From a bacterium (lineage in GTDB: Bacteria > UBA8248), in contig OZ244799.1 of the NCBI GenBank assembly GCA_965219955.1, positions 1,792,001-1,856,000 on the forward strand: 64,000 nt of DNA, read 5' to 3'. The position numbers and the translations under genes were made by a program. The notes below the pieces were generated by a model. The model made no database searches. It was not told the DNA's origin and saw only the letters and a list, made by a program, of their open reading frames with translations. Shown here piece by piece: positions 39,851 through 49,104 of this stretch; positions within the stretch are counted from its first letter, which is position 1; the number at the start of each line of letters is the position of its first letter.

Positions 39851-41821
39851 ATGAAAGCAGGTCCGGTAACAATCAGACATCTTCTGGAAAACCGACAGCG
39901 TTTCTGCGTGCCAATTTACCAACGTCATTACGTTTGGACCCGTGAAAAACAGTGGGAACCTTTTTGGAATGATATAAGATCTAAAGCCATCGAGCGTCTT
40001 GCTGGCCGTGATAGGCGGTTTTCCCATTTTATGGGGGCAGTGGTTCTAGAGACTCGGGGGGGCACTTCATCGAAAAGCGTAACATCTTATCAAGTCGTTG
40101 ACGGACAGCAACGCTTAACGACCTTCCAATTGTTCCTCTCTGCTGTACGCGACTATGCCACTCAAGTCGAGTTCAAAGAAATAGCAGAACGTGTCGAGGG
40201 TTTCTTGCTTAATGAACGACCTCATTTGATGGAAAATCCTGATATCGAAATCTTCAAGATATGGCCAACGGAATATGATCGGGAGCTTTTTCTGGACATC
40301 CTAAATCTCACCCGTACTGATTTGCGCAAAAAATATCGTCAACATTTCTATGCCAGACTTGACAAGATTTATGGATATCGAACCGTTCCTAATCTCCTCG
40401 GTGCTTATGGCTTCTTCTACGATTGTATCAAGTATGCTGTAGAGAGTGATGATCTAGACGATGACTTTGCTGAAGTTGTAGATGACACGAACGAAGAAAA
40501 GTTGTCTCCGCCATTAACCGACCGGGCAATGATGGAAATTCGTCTTGATGCCATTTGGGAAGCCTTGATTGAGGAATTCAAGGTCGTGGAGATCAGACTT
40601 GAAGAAGGCGACGATGCACAGGTTATCTTCGAGACCCTAAACGAACGTGGCGAACCTCTCCTGGCTGCCGACTTGGTGCGGAACAATATTTTTCATCGTG
40701 CTGATGCACATGGAGAGGACGCCGAAAAATTATTTTCAAAATACTGGACTCTCTTTGAAGACCCATTTTGGAACGAACTCGAAAAGCAAGGCCGCTATCG
40801 CAAGCCCAGGATCGAGTTCTTCATCGCAAATTTTATCTCCGGTCGAATCGCTAGTGAGGTTACGCTATCTAAATTATTCAGCGAGTACAAATCATTCTTG
40901 CAATATCTGAAAACAACACCAGCGGGTGGTTATCGCTCAGTCGAAGATGAAATTAAAGAACTTACGAAATATGGTGCCATATACCGAGTTTTGCTTGAAC
41001 GATCTGATAAAAATCCACTTGGCAAGTTTGCGCGTCAATTGCATGCATGGGATGTGACGACCGTCTTCCCATTCGTTCTCCGTTTGTGGGCAAATGATGA
41101 TTTAGAAGATGAAGAAAAAGAAGCTTGCCTGCCAATCCTTTTGTCATTCATTATCAGGCGAGCCGTCTGTGGCTTAACTACAAAGAACTACAATAAATTC
41201 TTCCTTTCCGTAGTTCGTCATCTCGATAGAGAAGGGTGGTCTCATACTCAACTAGCTAGATTTCTTGCAATTCAAAATACTGATACCGCGCGATTTCCAA
41301 CCGACACAGAATTTCAAGGCGTATGGCTCTCAAAGCCTGTTTACCAATCTCTTGGGAATACAAGGGTTCGATCCATTCTCGAATCCCTAGAGAAAGCCAA
41401 GCGTGGAAAATATCAGGAAAACGGTCAACTTAATTCAAACTTAAGCGTCGAACATATTCTTCCAATAGACTGGAGAGAGCACTGGCCTCTTGATGACGGA
41501 TCAACACCTACCCCTTCGGATATGTTACAGGCTTTCTTAGCTTCAGAAGAAAGCGACTCATTGTTAGGACATATAGCTCGCCGTGAACGACTTAAACATA
41601 CATTTGGGAATCTGACGCTCTTAACTCAACCACTTAATAGCAGTGTAAAAAATAAAGACTTCTTCACAAAACGAAGTGCTCTTTTAGAACACTCTCTTCT
41701 CATTCTAAACCGTGAAATCACACGAGAGGAAGAATGGGGCGAAGAACAAATCGAAAGAAGAGGAAAAGAACTTTTCCCTCTCGCACAGCAACTCTGGCCC
41801 TACCCTGATATAGATATATAA
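39851..41821 (+). CDS. DUF262-DUF1524 (GmrSD/SspE-like) modification-dependent nuclease
   Basis: VPIYQRHYVW, VVDGQQRLTT, IFETLNERG; C-terminal SVEHILP and GNLTLL..LN; AT-rich. Confidence 0.9.
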   Translation: MKAGPVTIRHLLENRQRFCVPIYQRHYVWTREKQWEPFWNDIRSKAIERLAGRDRRFSHFMGAVVLETRGGTSSKSVTSYQVVDGQQRLTTFQLFLSAVRDYATQVEFKEIAERVEGFLLNERPHLMENPDIEIFKIWPTEYDRELFLDILNLTRTDLRKKYRQHFYARLDKIYGYRTVPNLLGAYGFFYDCIKYAVESDDLDDDFAEVVDDTNEEKLSPPLTDRAMMEIRLDAIWEALIEEFKVVEIRLEEGDDAQVIFETLNERGEPLLAADLVRNNIFHRADAHGEDAEKLFSKYWTLFEDPFWNELEKQGRYRKPRIEFFIANFISGRIASEVTLSKLFSEYKSFLQYLKTTPAGGYRSVEDEIKELTKYGAIYRVLLERSDKNPLGKFARQLHAWDVTTVFPFVLRLWANDDLEDEEKEACLPILLSFIIRRAVCGLTTKNYNKFFLSVVRHLDREGWSHTQLARFLAIQNTDTARFPTDTEFQGVWLSKPVYQSLGNTRVRSILESLEKAKRGKYQENGQLNSNLSVEHILPIDWREHWPLDDGSTPTPSDMLQAFLASEESDSLLGHIARRERLKHTFGNLTLLTQPLNSSVKNKDFFTKRSALLEHSLLILNREITREEEWGEEQIERRGKELFPLAQQLWPYPDIDI

Positions 41822-41882
41822 AATCTCGGCTCTACAAAGCTTGCCCGAAAGTTACTAGAATGCGACTCGAAGAGAGAACGCG

Positions 41883-41987
41883 ATGGGCCTCAACATTAAG
41901 AACGAAGAAACCTACCGCATGGACCCTGACATGTGCACACGCATCATGCGCGAGAACGCATGCGAATTGTACGGGTTTGGTGGTTAG
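41883..41987 (+). pseudogene. Chimeric remnant: vapB-like N-terminus fused in frame to a copy of the amidohydrolase C-terminus
   Basis: MGLNIKNEETYR + MDPDMCTRIMRENACELYGFGG*, versus [22 protein letters not shown] at 39623-39691. Confidence 0.8.
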
Positions 41988-42152
41988 GGGAGTATCGCAA
42001 TTAGAAAAACGAAAGTTGTCAATTCACCTTAATCAAACCATTGCAAAATGAAATGATTCTGATATATTCCGCTTTCCGCCCACGCAGAATCCAAAACCAA
42101 AATCAAAGTGCTGATTCATAAACCAGAACATCATGAGAAGGATAGAGAGTAG

Positions 42153-43088
42153 ATGAAAGCATTCATCTCATATTCTCACAAAGATGAAAGAATTCTAGAA
42201 CGGCTGCATACACATCTCGTAATGCTTCGCCGTGATGGCCAACTCAATGATTGGTATGACCGAGAAATTCTCGCTGGGGGGGACCTAGACCAAGAAATTT
42301 CAGAGCACCTCGAATCTTCCGATCTTTTTTTGGCCCTTGTAAGCCCGGATTTCCTTGCATCAGACTATTGCTATGACAATGAAATGATGCGAGCACTTGA
42401 GCGCCATGAGGCTGGTCAGATGCGTGTCATCCCGATAATCATTGAGCCATGTGACTGGAAAGCCTCTCCACTTAAAAAGCTAAAGGCACTTCCGCGCGAT
42501 GGAGAACCCATCACAGAATGGACAAATGAAAACAATGCATTCTTGGACATTGTAGAAGAATTGCGAAGAATTCTATCCAGCGACAATGCTGCTCAACCCG
42601 CTACGACTGTTACACCAAGCACTCGTTCAGTATCTGAAAGTCACCGCTACAGGATAAAACGCGACTTTGATGAAATCGATCGTAGTGATTTCCGCGATAA
42701 CGCGTTTAAGGAAATTCAAAGCTACTTCGAGTCCTCTATCGCTGAAATTGACATTATCGAAGGTCTTCGAGGTCGCCTTGTTGATGTCGGCCCGCAAAAC
42801 TTTACTTGTACCGTAGTCAACCAACGTATGAGCCGGGGAGCAGCACATATCACCGTAAATGCACGAAACAGTAACATGGGTTTTGCAGACATCTACTACT
42901 CCTTTTCGGAGAACGCTCCGCTTAACACAGCAAACGGCGGATTTAGTATTGAGGCTGACGAATACGATCTTTTCCTACGACCCCATATGTTTTTTATTTC
43001 TGACCAAGATAAAAAGCTCACGCCTCAACAGGCCGCAGAGCTTCTATGGTCTGAGTTTATCAAACAGGCGGGAGTGTCCTATGACTAA
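42153..43088 (+). CDS. TIR-domain protein with an unrecognised C-terminal domain
   Basis: AFISYSHKD, WYD, LVSPDFLASDYCYDNEM (putative catalytic Glu), VIPII. Confidence 0.9.
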   Translation: MKAFISYSHKDERILERLHTHLVMLRRDGQLNDWYDREILAGGDLDQEISEHLESSDLFLALVSPDFLASDYCYDNEMMRALERHEAGQMRVIPIIIEPCDWKASPLKKLKALPRDGEPITEWTNENNAFLDIVEELRRILSSDNAAQPATTVTPSTRSVSESHRYRIKRDFDEIDRSDFRDNAFKEIQSYFESSIAEIDIIEGLRGRLVDVGPQNFTCTVVNQRMSRGAAHITVNARNSNMGFADIYYSFSENAPLNTANGGFSIEADEYDLFLRPHMFFISDQDKKLTPQQAAELLWSEFIKQAGVSYD

Positions 43089-43245
43089 ACTGGTACGGTT
43101 TTTTTGCAGAAATTGTGGTAACAGGTTTGAGGCTAAGGTCCTCGACGACGATGAAAAGCGTGAGGCGAGAAGCAAGAATCAGCCGACCTCCCCCGTCCGA
43201 TGCCCTGAATGCAATCGTGCTGATGTTCGAATTGGTTGGGATTGA
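43081..43245 (+). CDS. 54-aa zinc-ribbon protein
   Basis: CRNC..CPEC; RBS GGGAG; 8-nt overlap with the TIR gene stop. Confidence 0.7.
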   Translation: MTKLVRFFCRNCGNRFEAKVLDDDEKREARSKNQPTSPVRCPECNRADVRIGWD

Positions 43246-43311
43246 TCATCCACAGAGAGCCAAGCACTCTCGCTGTGGCTGAAGTAAGCACCTCGATTGT
43301 TCGTCTTCTTC

Positions 43312-43338
43312 GGCGAAGCGGACGCAATACGCTTCGCC
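43312..43338. terminator. Hairpin between convergent genes
   Basis: ggcgaagcg-N9-cgcttcgcc. Confidence 0.35.
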
Positions 43339-43351
43339 CTCCCGTCCAATG

Positions 43352-44050
43352 TCATTTGTGTTGCCTATTCACAGGCACGAAAACATCCAAAACATGCTGC
43401 TTCAGGGGGTGGTTATCTGGAAGTCCCAATGCCTGATGCGCCGCCTGGATATGAGGCTGCCACCCGGTACGTGTCTCTGGACATTTAGTTTTGTAAGGGA
43501 ATTTATCCCCGGTAAAGTAAATGAGAATCAGCCGCGAGGGTATACCTGCCACCTTGTTGAGGAAATAAAGCGCCGCCAGCCTGTTAGCGAGTTGGTAGTA
43601 GGTTTTATACCAGACCACCGACTCGTCAACACCAAAGAATCGCTTCGTTTCATTCAATCTATTGATGATTTTATCTAGGCCGCCATCCTTAGACGCTCGA
43701 CATATTGGGTACTTTATCTCATAGGCACGAGCCTTTGCCTCGACCAACAGTGGAACCTTACTACCTTGCTCGTTGGCTACCGCCCAACCGTCCCACTTTT
43801 GTGAACTCCCAGACGTTGGCCAGAATTCGCGCCATTTTTCCACCACATCCTGGCGGCTAGATTTACAAAAAAAATCCATCCCGTCCAACTCATGGTAATT
43901 AGATACCTTGAGTGGGGACTTCCATTGGAGGTCAGAAAATAGTGGTCCTAGCCCCGCGTCTTGATATGCTTGAGCAATTGCCTTACAAATCCTCTGAGGC
44001 TCCTCGTTAACGAGTCGCCGTAAGTGATACTTGCTGCCGTAATGCTTCAT
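43352..44050 (-). CDS. Putative PD-(D/E)XK restriction-like nuclease
   Basis: WDG..LLVEAKA and YYQLANR pattern; AT-rich. Confidence 0.65.
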   Translation of the reverse strand: MKHYGSKYHLRRLVNEEPQRICKAIAQAYQDAGLGPLFSDLQWKSPLKVSNYHELDGMDFFCKSSRQDVVEKWREFWPTSGSSQKWDGWAVANEQGSKVPLLVEAKARAYEIKYPICRASKDGGLDKIINRLNETKRFFGVDESVVWYKTYYQLANRLAALYFLNKVAGIPSRLILIYFTGDKFPYKTKCPETRTGWQPHIQAAHQALGLPDNHPLKQHVLDVFVPVNRQHK

Positions 44051-44234
44051 TTTTGCCTCCACACATAGTTTCCCCTTTATGACCACCAAGAGTCCGAAAT
44101 AAATTCAGTCAGATAAACAAACTTTCCCCTTCCACTACTCCCGACGGCTCCTCTCTTGCCCATCAACCCAAAATGCCGTTGGGTAGAAATAGAAATTGTA
44201 TCCTACCCTTGTGTGTTACCGGGGAGATAAAACG

Positions 44235-44293
44235 ATGGGCCTCAACATCAAGAACGAGGAAACCTGTCGGCTCGCAGGGAACTCGCTCAATTG
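44235..44293 (+). pseudogene. Truncated, frameshifted vapB-like (Rv0623/PSK-type) antitoxin
   Basis: MGLNIKNEETCRLA, then RELAQL after a 1-nt shift; RBS GGGGAG; upstream inverted repeat gggtag..ctaccc at 44181-44208. Confidence 0.7.
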
Positions 44294-44319
44294 CCCTGCC
44301 CTGGTCTCTATGCTACATT
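44291..44319 (+). promoter_or_regulatory. Putative promoter of the TAXI operon
   Basis: TTGCCC-17 nt-TACATT with a TGn extension. Confidence 0.35.
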
Positions 44320-44509
44320 TAACTATCTCTAATATATTTATACTTGTGACCACGCCATCAAACATCTTTCAAAGAGAAGCGTTTTGGGTGTCCCGATGCG
44401 CCGCCGCTACGCCGGCGTATCGGGGTGCGCATCCGGGAAACCCGACAAAGACGCGGAAGGCGCCGGTGCGCTTTCCTTTTCTTAAACCTGGAGACAGGGG
44501 AGGTGAACT

Positions 44510-45547
44510 ATGTGGCGTAATCGAAGCAATGGTAAGCGTCTCGTTCAAAACCGAACCGTGAGAAGTTGTGGATGGCTCCTGGCGTCGGCGATATTCGGCT
44601 TTGTCGCCGTTCTCTCGACCCCCGTATTCGCCATGGACAAGCAGCTTACCTTCATGTCGGGCGGCGCGAAGGGTTCGTGGTACCGCTACCTGACCGCGAT
44701 GAGCGAATGCATGCGGAAAAACAGCGACATCAAGGTCACCGTCGTCCCGACCTCGGGCGGCATGGAAGCGTTCCGCAAGCTCCAGGGAGGCAAGGCCGAC
44801 GTGGGGTTCACCTTCCAGACCGTGGCCTTTCCGGCCTGGCAGGGCAAGGGAAGCTGGAAGGGGAAGAAGCTCCGGGAACTGCGCGCGGTCGGTTTCGGGA
44901 TTTCCTCATCGATATTCCACTTCGTCGTCCTGAAAAGCTCCGGCATCAAGAAACTGGCCGACTTGAGCGGGAAGAAGTTTTCGCCCTGCCCCATCGGCAC
45001 CACCTGCTACGCATCCGTCGGCTCCTTTCTCAAGCACATCGGCCTGTACGAGAAGATCAAGGTCAGCAACCTCTCCCACGGCGAGCAGGTCAGCTATCTG
45101 AAGGACGGCAAGATCGACGGCTACGCCCTTCAGGGCGGCCTTCCGAACCCCTCGGTCACCGAGGCGGCCCTGACCCGGCCCGTCCGGCTGATCAGCATCG
45201 ATCAGGGGGTGAATTTCAGCGGCTTCCTGAAGGAGTTTCCCGGCTTCGAGCCCACGACGATTCCGAAGGGGACCTACAAGGGCGTGGACTACGACGTGTC
45301 CACCATGGGCCTGAGCGGTGTTCTGGTGGCGAACAAGAACACCTCGCCTGATCTGATTTACCAGATGACGAAGACGCTCTGGGGCAAGTCCTGCGTCGGT
45401 TACCTGACCAAGAACAACCGCGGCCTGGCCGGCATGAAGAAAGCCAATCCGACCGAAGGGCTGGTGATTCCGGTTCACGCGGGCGCCGCGCGCTACTGGA
45501 AGGAAAGAGGGATCAAGAACATGGCGCCCGCCGAGGGCTCGATGTAA
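44510..45547 (+). CDS. TAXI-family TRAP solute-binding protein
   Basis: Signal peptide (VFA-M), SGGAKGSW, LKDGKIDG, IPKGTY, HAGAARYWKERG. Confidence 0.9.
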   Translation: MWRNRSNGKRLVQNRTVRSCGWLLASAIFGFVAVLSTPVFAMDKQLTFMSGGAKGSWYRYLTAMSECMRKNSDIKVTVVPTSGGMEAFRKLQGGKADVGFTFQTVAFPAWQGKGSWKGKKLRELRAVGFGISSSIFHFVVLKSSGIKKLADLSGKKFSPCPIGTTCYASVGSFLKHIGLYEKIKVSNLSHGEQVSYLKDGKIDGYALQGGLPNPSVTEAALTRPVRLISIDQGVNFSGFLKEFPGFEPTTIPKGTYKGVDYDVSTMGLSGVLVANKNTSPDLIYQMTKTLWGKSCVGYLTKNNRGLAGMKKANPTEGLVIPVHAGAARYWKERGIKNMAPAEGSM

Positions 45548-45643
45548 CCCAGGCGGGTGATATTGGCGTTTGTCTCCCCGGAGGCGCGGGGTTCGGGCAG
45601 CCTTCGCTATCCATTTGCGAAGGCGCCCGGTTCCACCTCCTGC

Positions 45644-45878
45644 GGGGCTGTTGAGAAACCCTGTTTCGAGAGCGGGCGGACACTTAGGTCCGCCCCTACG
45701 GGTCAAGACGCGATGGTTCCGTAGGGGAGGACCTGTGTGTCCTCCCCCCGCCGAGAGGTGAGGGAATGATTCTCGCCTTGGCCGTCATTCCGGCGAAAGC
45801 CGGAATGACGGCCAAAACCCGAAACCGGGCGGAGGCGCAGGCGTCACTTCCTCCTCGATGGACTTTTTCAGCAACCCC
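45644..45878. mobile_element. MITE-like element with a 5-bp target duplication
   Basis: ggggctgttgagaaa..tttttcagcaacccc, flanked by cctgc on both sides; contains GTAG hairpins and a CGTC palindrome at 45778-45815. Confidence 0.8.
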
Positions 45879-45958
45879 CCTGCGGGAGAAGTCGGCGATG
45901 GTCATGATTCGGGGTTTCCCGGTCCCGTGCGGGACCCAAGAGGGCGGAGCCGTTTGCG

Positions 45959-47053
45959 ATGAGTTTTGAGAGAAAGACACTCGGGGTCGCCGTCATCGGC
46001 GCGGGGCGCATGGGGACCCACCGCGCCCGGATGGCGTCCAAACACCCCGCGGTCCGGTTCCTGGCGATTTCGGATATCGACCCCGACCGCGCCAGGGCGC
46101 TGGGCGAACAGGTGGGCGCCCATTTCACCACAGGCGACAACGAGGAGGCGATATCCCACCCCGACGTCACCGCCGTCATCGTGTCCACCCCCGAACCCAG
46201 GCACGTCGAGCCGATTCTGCAGACCATCGAGCGCGGAAAACGCGTCGTTGTCGAGACGCCCCTGGCCCTGAGCCTCGACGATGCGGACAGGCTCATCGAT
46301 GCTTCGGCGAGCAGCGGCGTGGAACTGCACGTGAACTACAGCAAGCGCTACTCGCGGCACTACTTCCTCGGCAAGGAGCAGGTCGTGGAGGGACGGCTGG
46401 GGCGGATCCTGGGCGGAACGGCCCGGGTGTACAATTCGCGCGCGCAGGCCTTCGAGATCCTGAAGCGAACGGACGAGGTCACCCCGGTGGTCGACGTACT
46501 GGTGTATTCCGTAGACATGATCTGCTGGCTCATGGAGGGGATCCGCCCCGTGGAGGTTTTCGCCCGCGGTCACGGGGTCGTTTTCGAAGAGGCCGGCTAC
46601 CCCGGAATCGACGATACGACCTGGGCGATCCTCACGTTCGAGGACGGCGCCGTCTTCAGCCTGGGAATCTGCTACGCCCTGCCCTACAAATATCCCACGC
46701 TGGGGCAAGGCACCCGCCTGGAAGTCATCGGAAAGGAGGGGGTCCTGCTTTTCGACGAGGACAAGAAGGAGAACCTCCTCTACACGGAAAAGGGGTATCC
46801 CCACGTCTACGTCCCCGACCACCACATCAACACCGCGTTCCTGGGAACCAACTCCGCGGGCGACTGGGCGCTCGATCACATGTTCGGGCCCGTCGCCCAC
46901 GAGACGCGCGCCTGGCTCGATTACCTTTCGACGGGGAATCCCTGCCTGCATCCGACCGCCAAAGAAGCGCGGCAGACGCTGGAAATCACCCTCGCGATCG
47001 ACGAATCCGCCCGGACCGGACGGGCGATAGAACTGCCCTCGAGAGTCATCTGA
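45959..47053 (+). CDS. Gfo/Idh/MocA oxidoreductase
   Basis: AVIGAGRMG, VIVSTPEPRH, VVETPLA. Confidence 0.88.
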   Translation: MSFERKTLGVAVIGAGRMGTHRARMASKHPAVRFLAISDIDPDRARALGEQVGAHFTTGDNEEAISHPDVTAVIVSTPEPRHVEPILQTIERGKRVVVETPLALSLDDADRLIDASASSGVELHVNYSKRYSRHYFLGKEQVVEGRLGRILGGTARVYNSRAQAFEILKRTDEVTPVVDVLVYSVDMICWLMEGIRPVEVFARGHGVVFEEAGYPGIDDTTWAILTFEDGAVFSLGICYALPYKYPTLGQGTRLEVIGKEGVLLFDEDKKENLLYTEKGYPHVYVPDHHINTAFLGTNSAGDWALDHMFGPVAHETRAWLDYLSTGNPCLHPTAKEARQTLEITLAIDESARTGRAIELPSRVI

Positions 47054-47117
47054 GAATCCCCCGCTCCGCATATGACGCCCCTGACGCCATACGAGCCATG
47101 CCCCCGGAACGTAAGGC

Positions 47118-49067
47118 TTGGAGACGATAGCCGTGCGCGATGACGCCCAGAGGAACTGGCTCGACCGCTTCGTCACCCGGACGACCGCCATTCCGCTGCC
47201 CCGGGACCTGCGCTCGAAGGGGCTCCGCACCGTCGTAACGCTGGTTTCCGTCGCGTTTTCCCTGCTCTACATCTACTACGCCGGGTTCGGGTATTTCTCG
47301 CCCGAGAGCTTCATCTCGGGATACCTGGGTTTCACCTTCGTCCTGGTTTTCATCCTTTTTCCGGGTTCGGACAAATCGCCGCGCGACCGCATCACCGCGG
47401 TCGACGGGATTCTGGTGTTGAGCACCATCGCGGTCACCTACCACTACAACGTCTACTTCCCCATCCGCTACATCGAGCGGTTCGGCGAGGCGCTCGCGCA
47501 CGACGTGGTTTTCGGCATCATGGCCATCGTGCTGGCCCTGGAAGCCTGCCGCCGCACGCTGGGCCCCGCCCTCCCGCTGATCTCGGTGTGCTTGATCGGA
47601 TATTCCCTGTTCGGCCCCTACTTTCCGGGCCATCTGACGCACCAGGGAATCAGCGTCTGGGACACCGCGGCTTGGCTCTACAGCAACCAGTCGATCTACG
47701 GCGTCATCACGCGGATCTTTGCGAGTTTCGTGTTTCTCTTCATCGTGTTCGGCGCGATTCTGGAGATGTCGGGAGGCAAGGAGCTCTTCCTCAATCTCCC
47801 GCTCTCGATTATCGGGCGGACGCGGGGAGGCTCGGCGAAGCTCAGCGCCGTGGCGAGCGCGCTCTTCGGCATGATCTCCGGGAGTCCCACGGCGAACATC
47901 GTGGGCACCGGAACGCTCACCATCCCGCTGATGAAGCGCTCCGGGTTCCCGCCGCACGTCTCGGCCGCTTTCGAGGCCACCGCCTCGACCATCGGGGTGA
48001 CCATGCCCCCGCTGATGGGCGCGGCTATATTCCTCATGGCGGATTTCACGGGAATTCCCTACCTGGAAATCGTCAAGGTATCCATACTGCCTTCGCTGTT
48101 GTTCATGCTGTCCCTCCTGGTGGTGGCCCACGTGTACGCGAGGAAGGCGGGCATCGAGGGATTGCCGCCCGAGGAGTTGGGAGACCCCTGGGAGATACTC
48201 AAAAACTACTGGACCTTCGCGGTTCCCCTGGGTCTCATCTTCTACATGCTCGGATCGGGCTACAGCCCGGATTACGCCGTGTTCGTCGCTATTCTCGGTG
48301 TGGCGGGGGCGAGCCTCCTCTCCAGGCACACGCGCCTGACGATTCCCCAGTGGGCGAAAATCCTGGAAGTCGGCGCCCGGAGATCGCTCACCGTCGGCGG
48401 ATTGGCCGGATGCCTGGGCATCATCATCGGGATCGTGTTCCGAACGGGAATCGGAACCAAGCTCTCGATTCTGGTGGTCGACCTGTCCGGGGGGTATCTC
48501 ATCCTCGCCGTCTTGCTGACCGCCCTGGTGACGTTCGTGCTGGGGATGGGCGTCTCCTCCATCACCGCCGACTACCTCCTCCTTTCGGTGCTGATCGCAC
48601 CGGCGCTGATCGAACTCGGCGCGACGCCGATGGCGGCCCACCTGTTGATCATCTGGTATTCGCAGACTTCGAACCTGACGCCTCCGGTCTGCGGCGGCGC
48701 CTTCACCGCGGCCGCCATCGCGGGCGCTCACCCCTGGAGGACGGGGTTCTTCGCCTTCCGGATCGGGCTGTTCATCTACCTCATCCCCATCGCTTTCGTT
48801 TTCGGCGACCTCCTGAACCCGGGGCTGAACCTCCCCTTCTTCTGGACGCTGTTGACGGCGGCCCTCTCGGCGATTTGCTTCGGCGGCGCCGTCATCGGCT
48901 ACCTTGCGGGCTCCTTGAATATATGGCAGAGGTTCTTGCTCGCGGCGGCGACGATCGCCTTGTTCGAACCGCATGTACTCCTGGACTTCATCGGCATGGT
49001 CCTCCTGGCGCTGGTGGCGGGGTGGCAAATTCTCGGGAGAAGGCGGGAGAATCAGGAGGACGCTTGA
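47118..49067 (+). CDS. TRAP fused permease
   Basis: GMISGSPTANIVGTGTLTIPLMK, MPPLMGAA, LGMG, LTPPV. Confidence 0.92.
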   Translation: METIAVRDDAQRNWLDRFVTRTTAIPLPRDLRSKGLRTVVTLVSVAFSLLYIYYAGFGYFSPESFISGYLGFTFVLVFILFPGSDKSPRDRITAVDGILVLSTIAVTYHYNVYFPIRYIERFGEALAHDVVFGIMAIVLALEACRRTLGPALPLISVCLIGYSLFGPYFPGHLTHQGISVWDTAAWLYSNQSIYGVITRIFASFVFLFIVFGAILEMSGGKELFLNLPLSIIGRTRGGSAKLSAVASALFGMISGSPTANIVGTGTLTIPLMKRSGFPPHVSAAFEATASTIGVTMPPLMGAAIFLMADFTGIPYLEIVKVSILPSLLFMLSLLVVAHVYARKAGIEGLPPEELGDPWEILKNYWTFAVPLGLIFYMLGSGYSPDYAVFVAILGVAGASLLSRHTRLTIPQWAKILEVGARRSLTVGGLAGCLGIIIGIVFRTGIGTKLSILVVDLSGGYLILAVLLTALVTFVLGMGVSSITADYLLLSVLIAPALIELGATPMAAHLLIIWYSQTSNLTPPVCGGAFTAAAIAGAHPWRTGFFAFRIGLFIYLIPIAFVFGDLLNPGLNLPFFWTLLTAALSAICFGGAVIGYLAGSLNIWQRFLLAAATIALFEPHVLLDFIGMVLLALVAGWQILGRRRENQEDA

Positions 49068-49104
49068 AATTCGTGGATATAACTGAACCAACGATCCGTG
49101 GAGG

